A stretch of 64,000 nt of DNA from Paraspadella gotoi (Eukaryota > Animalia > Chaetognatha): the NCBI GenBank assembly GCA_051294375.1, contig CM119269.1:2083601-2147600 (forward strand), written 5' to 3'. The position numbers and the translations under genes were made by a program. The notes below the pieces were generated by a model, which worked only from the letters and a program-made list of their open reading frames with translations, had not been told where the DNA came from and did no database searches. How positions within the stretch are numbered: the first letter of the stretch is position 1; every line of letters starts with the position of its first letter. Positions 38,701-50,700 of the stretch are shown here, one piece after another.

Positions 38701-41700
38701 TTGTCAACCTATTGTTAATTTACTAAGTGGAGACAATTTTCTGCAGAAAAATTCATTTCGCTCTTTAATTTCTTTTTGTATCGACACAGCATATTTGATA
38801 GATATAAGAACTAAAAATAATTCATAGCTTCCATTCAGGCAAATCCTAGCCGTTTGGAATTTTATAGATCAAATTTAAGATATGCCATGTTACTGGTATA
38901 ATTAATGATGACCAAAGTATGTCCACTGAATTGAAAAGCAGTAAAATTGTAATTGAAAGAACAAATCGTACGACAACTTTTTTAGGAGCTGTGAATTCTT
39001 TATATATTAGTGGAAAACAAACCATATTGTAAAGGTCATAAAGCAGAAGGCATATAAAGGTTTTCCGAAAATTTATAAAAATCTGGTATACAGTGAGTAA
39101 AAATTTCATTTTTAAAATGAAATTGTTTAAATTAAATGTAATGCAGAACTGTAATGTTTTTGAAATATTTTTCCATCATTTGATACAGTAGAAACCAGGT
39201 AAGAAAACAGGCAAAGATGGAGAAGTACTCAAGAGCGATGTAGTAACGGATAACTCCTTTGAGTTTAGAGATCAAGTAAGGCTGCACAGTGACTCCTGCG
39301 ATAGATGGAGGACGAAACCCACAATGATCAAAATGATGAAGATTTGTCGCTTTTGAATCTCATTTGATTTCCATGGATATTTGTGTAATCTAAAACCTGT
39401 CGGGAATTGAAATAATCTTTTCATTTTTATTTTTTACTTGGATTCAAAAGTAAATTGTTATTAATATATGGCAAAGTAAGTAGGAGTCTACAACGCTCTT
39501 AGAAATTGAAGAATATCATAAAAATATTCAAGTAAATGTGACTTATGTTTTCCATTAAACTCATTTCCACTCGCACGATTTCATCAAAACTTTCTATTCC
39601 ACTCAATCACACACATTCCAACACACACACACAAAATTTATTCCAATCCAACCATCCAATAACAAGTAATGGGATTTTTCCTAAGGGGGATGGATGGACG
39701 GACAGACAGACGGACATCGGGTTTTTTTTTTTTTTTTTTTTTTTTGCAAAGTTTATCATAATTTGATGTTCTGATATGATAAAAATGATTTCCCAACAAG
39801 ATTTTGGGGTGGACCGACGGACCGGACAAAGTGGATTATAAAGTCGGAATCTGTGATTAGCAGATCCAACTCATCATTTACTTAAAATTTAATGGGTAAA
39901 ATTTATCCATATTCTTACCTTCAATATTTTTTGGATAGTTTCGCTTTTTTAAGGAATTCCTCGAAATCAAAAGTACCTGTTCAAAATTTTTTGAAGTAAG
40001 TTAATTTTAAAAGTTTATTCTTACCCTAATCTTACCCTCATTAAATTCTGGTTTCCGAAAATCATATTGCAAGTTTGTATACAGATATTTTTGTACTTAC
40101 CATTGTAATGACTCGACATCGTGAGGCAATTTAAGCAGGTTAAAAAAGAGAAAAAAATATTAGTGAAATTTGTTAATTTCGTCGACAGCTTGTGCAATGT
40201 TCAAAATACAAATGAAAGTTTGCTCAAATGAGAAAAGAGAAGAGAAGAGAAGAAGAAGAGAAGAGAAGAGAAGAGAGAGAGAATTAAAACTTTTTTTAGC
40301 TTCGTCTGAGGACAAAGGAACCATCTGACGTTTCGTTAAAAAAAAAAAACAAAAAAAAAAACGAAGTGTTAGGATCCTTTCATTTGTTTTTGCTTTCAGC
40401 AAATTATTTTCGTTGGCTGACTTTGTTTTCGAGATTGACGATACAGAATTTGAAACGCGTTAAAAAGTTTATTCATTACTATAAAATATGGCGACGAGGA
40501 CATAGTTTCAATAGTTTACATAAAATCGAGGCGTGAAATTTAATAATTTAATTCAAGTTTTAAGATAAATGTTATTATAGGAGTCTACGTCGTTCTTAGA
40601 AGTTAAGGAATATTTTTTCAATGAAGATTTCTTTCGAATCTGACAAACCAAATTTATAAACACCACTGGGAGAAATTAGGTAAAAAAAATAGATGTAAAA
40701 ATTCTCGTATTCCGATACCATTACATTCTAAGAGCTCGCAATTTTTTCTCTTGTCAAATAACCAACATTGATAGTAAACGAGCCAGAACAAAATAGACTG
40801 TGAATTTTACGGCAATTTTTGTGCAAAAGAAGAGAGAGAGAGATAAACTGAAAATTCGGATGAGCATTGGAATTGACCCATCGACTGACAGATCGACTCC
40901 AGCAGAATACGAAGCCCTACCGTGACGCTCGTGGACATTACTTGTCTGCTTCAGCTGAGAATTCAGCAAACACTGGCCATTCATATTAGAAAATCAGACT
41001 GTCTCGTGCTGTCCCATTATCTTAACTGGTTCTCAATGATGAACAGTGATTCTTCAAGAATTTGAGTCCCACACTCTACATCAATCTACATCAATCTACA
41101 TCAAAGCTCTAGAGCACTCTTTGAACCGTGATGGAGGACGATTCGATCTCCCTCAAAGCTATGATTCGCTTATCAAAAGCGTGGTGGAGGCTCCAACACC
41201 ACCACGCCTGCACATTGTGCAGTGCACAACTATTCCCCTATCTCCACTCAACCCGATAGGCGGAGACCTTGCGCAGACGATGCCTCTCCCTCTACTGTAG
41301 CAACTCACTCCCTTTCTCTGTGGAATGAGCGTCGCCCAAAACGACGGCCTGCTGGAGGAGGGAGAGACGGACAACCGCCCGCCTCGCCAGCAGAGGAGAA
41401 GAAGGCAGTCGGCAGGCGTATCAGGCCAGAGAAACATTCGAGTAGCCCTTGGAATCTTTCCTCAAGGAAGTTCTCCCAGGCTCTCAACATGTCCGTTTTT
41501 CTATTTAACTGAATGTTAACATTGCCTAAATCTTGTAATTTCACAAATTGCTTTGCACTGGAATATTAGAGTTGATGTGAAAATAATAAAATTTTATTAA
41601 AATTAAAATTTAGCATATAGATAGGAGAGCTAATTTTATTCATTTTTTATATATTATTATGCCAGACCCTGTAGGATGATGTCAATATTCACTTGCAAAA

Positions 41701-44700
41701 ACCGTTTTAAAATTCCTACAATAGTTTGCGAGATATGGTCATAACGTCAGCCTTAAAAGGCAAAATTATTCAGAAAAAATTTGCAAGTTCTCTAAAGATT
41801 TCTGACGCCTTAGTACTAACTATTTAAAAAAAGAAGAAAACGTTCGCTGATTTCTTCAACATTTACCATAAATGAGTTATGCTATGACAAAGCAAGACAT
41901 TATTGTTTTTATTTGTATTAATAATTTTTTTTTAAATATATCAACCTTTATACTAGGAATTCAATTCTATTATTTATCATCCATTTTAATTAAGAAAAAA
42001 AATTTTTGCAGAATAGCCAATTTGAAAGGTTCATTACTGACTTAATGATCGAATTTTTTAGGTTTCTTACTTACAAGACATAAAAGGTAATTGATTGATC
42101 GGTCACTATGCCCAGATTATCTGTACGCTTTCTGCAACCTGCATTCCTGAATTTTTTTTCCCTTTCAAATGTATTAAATAAAAAAAAAATATTTAGAGAA
42201 CGATCAGTGTGGAGGATGCTTGGTAAGCCTAGTTACCCCACTTCCCGATGGATTTTTAACGAGATTTTTTTTCCTTCTATTCGAGACATATAACTAACTA
42301 TTGGTTATTAACCTCGTTGCCTTTCTCAAGTAGATCGTCCTTTATTATTTTTAAATGAAATGTTTATGAAACGTAGACGTAGTTTGTTATTGACTTTTGA
42401 GGTAGTTATTATAAATTAGTTAAATTGAATCAACGACGATCATTCTTCGTGATGAGGGTCTCCAATATTTATTCATTTACAATGGTATACATAGACGACA
42501 TCGAACAACAGTGAGTTTTATCAATACGATGGACGGTCTCCTACAGTGAGATTCGGGGAATGAGACCAAAGAAAAGTAACTATACTTCTTGTAATGATTG
42601 ACAAGGGTCTCACTTTCCGATGCAGGGCGTGTCAGAAATACACAGGCTAAGAAAGTCATTGTTGCATTTAGTCAGTCAGATCATGTCATGATCATATCAT
42701 ATCATGCTGTCTGTGCATTTTCAAAAACAAGTGTAAAGCAAAACTATATGAGTAGTGAAATAATAGTTTGAAAATCTTTATTGTGCAAAGAAGAAACTGG
42801 ATATGTGAACGCTAATAAGAAAATTTATAAAATAAGGAAAAAAATCCATATACATATTTTTATTTTATGATTCCGTCTAATTAGGTTCCCTTTAAATTTC
42901 ATTTCAAAAACTTTAATTTAAAATTTTTGACATCATGCCTTTTGTTTGAGCTTTAATTTGCGCAAATTAGGAAAGGATACAAGATAAATGATCATAACTG
43001 TAAAACCGAAACACGAGTCATTCATAAACTTAAGCATAGCTATAAATCAATTCCAATGCCATTTACAAGTAATTTCCATGACACTGAGGACAAACCCTAC
43101 GACAGAATAGACTGTAAAAGATGTTGTCAAACCTATTGTTAATTTACTAAGTGGAGACAATTTTCTGCAGAAAAATTCATTTCGCTCTTTAATTTCTTTT
43201 TGTATCGACACAGCATATTTGATAGATATAAGAACTAAAAATAATTCATAGCTTCCATTCAGGCAAATCCTAGCAGTTTGGAATTTTATAGAATCAAATT
43301 TAAGATATGCCATGTTACTGGTATAATTATGATGACCAAATTATGTCCACTGAATTGAAAAGCAGTAAAATTGTAATTGAAAGAACAAATCGTACGACAA
43401 CTTTTTTAGGAGCTGTGAATTCTTTATATATTAGTGGAAAACAAACCATATTGTAAAGGTCATAAAGCAGAAGGCATATAAAGGTTTTCCGAAAATTTAT
43501 AAAAATCTGGTATACAGTGAGTAAAAATTTCATTTTAAAAATGAAATTGTTTAAATTAAAATGTAATGCAGAACTTGTAATGTTTTTGAAATATTTTTCC
43601 ATCATTTGATACAGTAGAAACCAGGTAAGAGAACAGGCAAAGATGGAGAAGTACTCAAGAGCGATGTAGTNNNNNNNNNNNNNNNNNNNNNNNNNGCAAG
43701 GGACCGGCATAAAAATATATATTAAAAAAAAATTAACATTAGCTCTTATATGATAAATGATAAACCATTTGGTGTCGCGAGGACAAGGCACGAGACGCCG
43801 ACGAAATAGACGGCGGCGGTACTGGCGGCGCTACTGGCGGCGGTTGCTAACGGTGTCGGAAGCGGCACTGTTTCTGCATTTTGTCAAGGCATTTATTCGT
43901 CGAAAAGAATGACTTTGGAAGATGATTCAGGAGATAAGTTGATAACAGTTGTCGTTGATGAAAAGTTAGGCTGCTGAAATTTGTGAAGAGTGAAAAACGG
44001 AAGGGACGGGGCGTTACTCTTCGCTGATTAGGAAAGGGCCGGAGAAAATGCTATGCAATGGGAAAGGTAAAATTTCATAAATTTAAGGACTCGGGGATTG
44101 AAAAGGCGCGAATCTTCGGGAAAATAAAGTTTTTAAGATGTTTGTAATAAATAAAATTCATACGAGGAGAAGTCTTGGGCGAGGAAAGAGGTATGGGATA
44201 ATGGGATCAGGATTGACGCCTTCAAACATTCGAATTCGGATTTTTTCGGGTGGGGGTGGAAAGAGAGTATCTGGATATTTAATGAATTTGATAATATTTT
44301 TTAAAACAAATGAGTTAAAAGTCATACATTGTAAGATATTAACGATATCTGCCTTTTCGTGGAGGAAGCTTTTTCTGTCTGTCTGTGCATTTTCAAAAAC
44401 AAGTGTAAAGCAAAACTATATGAGTAGTGAAATAATAGTTTGAAAATCTTTATTGTGCAAAGAAGAAACTGGATATGTGAACGCTAATAAGAAAATTTAA
44501 TAAAATAAGGAAAAAAATCCATATACATATTTTTATTTTATGATTCCGTCTAATTAGGTTCCCTTTAAATTTCATCAAAAACTTTAATTTAAAATTTTTG
44601 ACATCATGCCTTTTGTTTGAGCTTTAATTTGCGCAAATTAGGAAAGGATACAAGATAAATGATCATAACTGTAAAACCGAAACACGAGTCATTCATAAAC

Positions 44701-47700
44701 TTAAGCATAGCTATAATCAATTCCCAATGCCATTTACAAGTAATTCCATGACACTGAGGACAAACCCTACGACAGAATAGACTGTAAAAGATGTTGTCAA
44801 ACCTATTGTTAATTTACTAAGTGGAGACAATTTTCTGCAGAAAAATTCATTTCGCTCTTTAATTTCTTTTTGTATCGACACAGCATATTTGATAGATATA
44901 AGAACTAAAAATAATTCATAGCTTCCATTCAGGCAAATCCTAGCAGTTTGGAATTTTATAGAATCAAATTTAAGATATGCCATGTTACTGGTATAATTAA
45001 TGATGACCAAAGTTATGTCCACTGAATTGAAAAGCAGTAAAATTGTAATTGAAAGAACAAATCGTACGACAACTTTTTTAGGAGCTGTGAATTCTTTATA
45101 TATTAGTGGAAAACAAACCATATTGTAAAGGTCATAAAGCAGAAGGCATATAAAGGTTTTCCGAAAATTTATAAAAATCTGGTATACAGTGAGTAAAAAT
45201 TTCATTTTAAAAATGAAATTGTTTAAATTAAAATGTAATGCAGAACTTGTAATGTTTTTGAAATATTTTTCCATCATTTGATACAGTAGAAACCAGGTAA
45301 GAGAACAGGCAAAGATGGAGAAGTACTCAAGAGCGATGTAGTAACGGATAACTCCTTTGAGTTTAGAGATCAAGTAAGGCTGCACAGTGACTCCTGCGAT
45401 AGATTGGAGGACGAAACCCACAATGATCAAAATGATGAAGATTTGTCGCTTTTGAATCTCATTTGATTTCCATGGATATTTTGTGTAATCTAAAACCTGT
45501 CGGGAATTGAAATAATCGTTTTCATTTTTATTTTTTACTTGGATTCAAAAGTAAATTGTTAATTAATATATGGCAAAGTAACGTAGGAGTCTACAACGCT
45601 CTTAGAAATTGAAGAATATCATAAAAAATATTCAAGTAAATGTGACTTATGTTTTTCCATTTAAACTCATTTCCACTCGCACGATTTCATCAAAACTTTC
45701 TATTCCACTCAATCACACACATTCCAACACACACACACAAAATTTCATTCCAATCCAACCATCCAATAACAAGTAATGGGAGTTTTTCCTAAGGGGGGAT
45801 GGATGGACGGACAGACAGACGGACATCGGGTTTTTTTTTTTTTTTTTTTTNNNNNNNNNNNNNNNNNNNNNNNNNGCAAGGGACCGGCATAAAAATATAT
45901 ATTAAAAAAAAATTAACATTAGCTCTTATATGATAAATGATAAACCATTTGGTGTCGCGAGGACAAGGCACGGAGACGCCGACGAAATAGACGGCGGCGG
46001 TACTGGCGGCGCTACTGGCGGCGGTTGCTAACGGTGTCGGAAGCGGCACTGTTTCTGCATTTTGTCAAGGCATTTATTCGTCGAAAAGAATGACTTTGGA
46101 AGATGATTCAGGAGATAAGTTGATAACAGTTGTCGTTGATGAAAAGTTAGGCTGCTGAAATTTGTGAAGAGTGAAAAACGGAAGGGACGGGGCGTTACTC
46201 TTCGCTGATTAGGAAAGGGCCGGAGAAAATGCTATTGCAATGGGAAAGGTAAAATTTCATAAATTTAGGACTCGGGGATTGAAAAGCGCGAATTTCGGGA
46301 AAATAAAGTTTTTAAGATTGTTTGTAATAAATAAAATTCATACGAGGAGAAGTCTTGGGCGAGGAAAGAGGTATGGGATAATGGGATCAGGATTGACGCC
46401 TTCAAACATTCGAATTCGGATTTTTTCGGGTGGGGGTGGAAAGAGAGTATCTGGATATTTAATGAATTTGATAATATTTTTTAAAACAAATGAGTTAAAA
46501 GTCATACATTGTAAGATATTAACGATATCTGCCTTTTCGTGGAGGAAGCTTTTTCTGTCTGTCTGTGCATTTTCAAAAACAAGTGTAAAGCAAAACTATA
46601 TGAGTAGTGAAATAATAGTTTGAAAATCTTTATTGTGCAAAGAAGAAACTGGATATGTGAACGCTAATAAGAAAATTTATAAAATAAGGAAAAAAATCCA
46701 TATACATATTTTTATTTTATGATTCCGTCTAATTAGGTTCCCTTTAAATTTCATCAAAAACTTTAATTTAAAATTTTTGACATCATGCCTTTTGTTTGAG
46801 CTTTAATTTGCGCAAATTAGGAAAGGATACAAGATAAATGATCATAACTGTAAAACCGAAACACGAGTCATTCATAAACTTAAGCATAGCTATAATCAAT
46901 TCCCAATGCCATTTACAAGTAATTCCATGACACTGAGGACAAACCCTACGACAGAATAGACTGTAAAAGATGTTGTCAAACCTATTGTTAATTTACTAAG
47001 TGGAGACAATTTTCTGCAGAAAAATTCATTTCCTCTTTAATTTCTTTTTGTATCGACACAGCATATTTGATAGATATAAGAACTAAAATAATTCATAGCT
47101 TCCATTCAGGCAAATCCTAGCAGTTTGGAATTTTATAGAATCAAATTTAAGATATGCCATGTTACTGGTATAATTAATGATGACCAAAGTTATGTCCACT
47201 GAATTGAAAAGCAGTAAAATTGTAATTGAAAGAACAAATCGTACGACAACTTTTTTAGGAGCTGTGAATTCTTTATATATTAGTGGAAAACAAACCATAT
47301 TGTAAAGGTCATAAAGCAGAAGGCATATAAAGGTTTTCCGAAAATTTATAAAAATCTGGTATACAGTGAGTAAAAATTTCATTTTAAAAATGAAATTGTT
47401 TAAATTAAAATGTAATGCAGAACTTGTAATGTTTTTGAAATATTTTTCCATCATTTGATACAGTAGAAACCAGGTAAGAGAACAGGCAAAGATGGAGAAG
47501 TACTCAAGAGCGATGTAGTAACGGATAACTCCTTTGAGTTTAGAGATCAAGTAAGGCTGCACAGTGACTCCTGCGATAGATTGGAGGACGAAACCCACAA
47601 TGATCAAAATGATGAAGATTTGTCGCTTTTGAATCTCATTTGATTTCCATGGATATTTGTGTAATCTAAAACCTGTCGGGAATTGAAATAATCGTTTTCA

Positions 47701-50700
47701 TTTTTATTTTTTACTTGGATTCAAAAGTAAATTGTTAATTAATAATATGGCAAAGTAACGTAGGAGTCTACAACGCTCTTAGAAATTGAAGAATATCATA
47801 AAAATATTCAAGTAAATGTGACTTATGTTTTTCCATTTAAACTCATTTCCACTCGCACGATTTCATCAAAACTTTCTATTCCACTCAATCACACACATTC
47901 CAACACACACACACAAAATTTCATTCCAATCCAACCATCCAATAACAAGTAATGGGAGTTTTTCCTAAGGGGGGATGGATGGACGGACAGACAGACGGAC
48001 ATCGGGTTTTTTTTTTTTTTTTTTTTTTTTTTGCAAAGTTTATCATAATTTGATGTTCTGATATGATAAAAATGATTTCCCAACAAGATTTTGGGGTGGA
48101 CCGACGGACCGACAAAGTGGATTATAAAGTCGGAATCTGTGATTAGCAGATCCAACTCATCATTTACTTAAAATTTAATGGGTAAAATTTATCCATATTC
48201 TTACCTTCAATATTTTTTTGGATAGTTTCGCTTTTTTAAGGAATTCCTCGAAATCAAAAGTACCTGTTCAAAATTTTTTGAAGTAAGTTAATTTAAAAGT
48301 TTATTCTTACCCTAATCTTACCCTCATTAAATTCTGGTTTCCGAAATCATATATTGCAAGTTTTGTATACAGATATTTTTGTACTTACCATTGTAATGAC
48401 TCGACATCGTGAGGCAATTTAAGCAGGTAAAAAAGAGAAAAAAATATTAGTGAAATTTGTTAATTTCGTCGACAGCTTGTGCAATGTTCAAAATACAAAT
48501 TGAAAGTTTGCTCAAATGAGAAAAGAGAAGAGAAGAGAAGAGAAGAGAAGAGAAGAGAAGAGAAGAGAGAAATTAAAACTTTTTTTAGCTTCGTCTGAGG
48601 ACAAAGGAACCATCTGACGTTTCGTTAAAAAAAAAAAACAAAAAAAAAACGAATTGTGTTAGGATCCTTTCATTTTGTTTTTGCTTCGAGCAAATTATTT
48701 TCGTTGGCTGACTTTGTTTTCGAGATTGACGATACAGAATTTGAAACGCGTTAAAAAGTTTATTCATTACTATAAAATATGGCGACGAGGAACATAGTTT
48801 CAATAGTTTTTACATAAAATCGAGGCGTGAAATTAATAATTTAATTTCAAGTTTTAAAGATAAAATGTTATTACTAGGAGTCTACGTCGTTCTTAGAAGT
48901 TAAGGAATATTTTTTCAATGAAGATTTTCTTTCGAATCTGACAACCAAACTTTATAAACACCACTGGGAGAAATTTAGGTAAAAAAATAGATGTAAAAAT
49001 TCTCGATTCCGATACCATTACATTCTGAAGAGCTCGCAATTTTTTTCTCTTGTCAAATAACCAACATTTTGATAGTAAACGAGCCAGAACAAATAGACTG
49101 TGAATTTTACGGGCAATTTTTGTGCAAAAGAAGAGAGAGAGAGATAAACTGAAAATTCGGATGAGCATTGGAATTGACCCATCGACTGACAGATCGACTC
49201 CAGCAGAATACGAAGCCCTACCGTGACGCTCGTGGACATTACTTGTCTGCTTCAGCTGAGAATTCAGCAAACACTGGCCATTCATTTAGAAAATCAGACT
49301 GTCTCGTGCTGTCCCATTATCTTAACTGGTTCTCAATGATGAACAGTGATTCTTCAAGAATTTGAGTCCCACACTCTACATCAATCTACATCAATCTACA
49401 TCAAAGCTCTAGAGCACTCTTTGAACCGTGATGGAGGACGATTCGATCTCCCTCAAAGCTATGATTCGCTTATCAAAAGCGTGGTGGAGGCTCCAACACC
49501 ACCACGCCTGCACATTGTGCAGTGCACAACTATTCCCCTATCTCCACTCAACCCGATAGGCGGAGACCCTTGCGCAGACGATGCCTCTCCCTCTACTGTA
49601 GCAACTCACTCCCTTTCTCTGTGGAATGAGCGTCGCCCAAAACGACGGCTGCTGGAGGAGGGAGAGACGGACAACCGCCCGCCTCGCCAGCAGAGGAGAA
49701 GAAGGCAGTCGGCAGGCGTATCAGGCCAGAGAGACATTCGAGTAGCCCTTGGAATCTTTCCTCAAGGAAGTCTCCCCAGGCTCTCAACATGTCCGTTTTT
49801 CTATTTAACTGAATGTTAACATTGCCTAAATCTTGTAATTTCACAAATTGCTTTGCACTGAATATTAGAGTGATGTGAAAATAATAAAATTTTATAAAAT
49901 TAAAATTTAGCATATAGATAGGAGAGCTAATTTTAATTCATTTTTTATATATTATTATGCCAGACCCTGTAGGATGATGTCAATATTCACTTGCAAAAAA
50001 CCGTTTTAAAATTCCTACAATAGTTTGCGAGATATGGTCATAAACGTCAGCCTTAAAAGGCAAAATTATTCAGAATAAAATTTGCAAGTTTCTCTAAAGA
50101 TTTCTGACGCTCTAGTACTAACTATTTAAAAAAAAGAGAAAACGTTTCGCTGATTTCTTCAAACATTTACCATAAATGAGTTATGCTATGACAAAGCAAG
50201 ACATTATTGTGTTTATTTGTATTAATAATTTTTTTTTAAATATATCAACCTTTATACTAGGAATTCAATTCTATAATTTATCATCCATTTTAATTAAGAA
50301 AAAAAATTTTGCAGAATAGCCAATTTGAAAGGGTTCATTGACTGACTTAATGATCGAATTTTTTAGGTTTCTTTACTTACAAGACATAAAAGGTAATGAT
50401 TATCGTGTCACTATGCCCAGATTATCTGTACGCTTTCTGCAACCTGCATTCTGAATTTTTTTTCCCTTTCAAATGTATTAAATAAAAAAAAATATTTAGA
50501 GAACGATCAGTGTGGAGGATGCTATTGGTAAGCCTAAGTTACCCCACTTCCCGATGGAATTTTTAAACGAGATTTTTTTTCCTTCTATTCGAGACATAAT
50601 ACTAACTATTGGTTATTTAACCTCGTTGCCTCTTCTTCAAGTAGATCGTCCTTTATTATTTTTAATGAAATGTTTATGAAACGTAGACGTAGTTTGTTAT

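Noticed and set aside
46240-46623. 127-aa plus-strand ORF repeated in each 5-kb unit (also 44138-44443)
   Set aside because: No recognisable motif and no splice context; recurrence reflects the duplication only.
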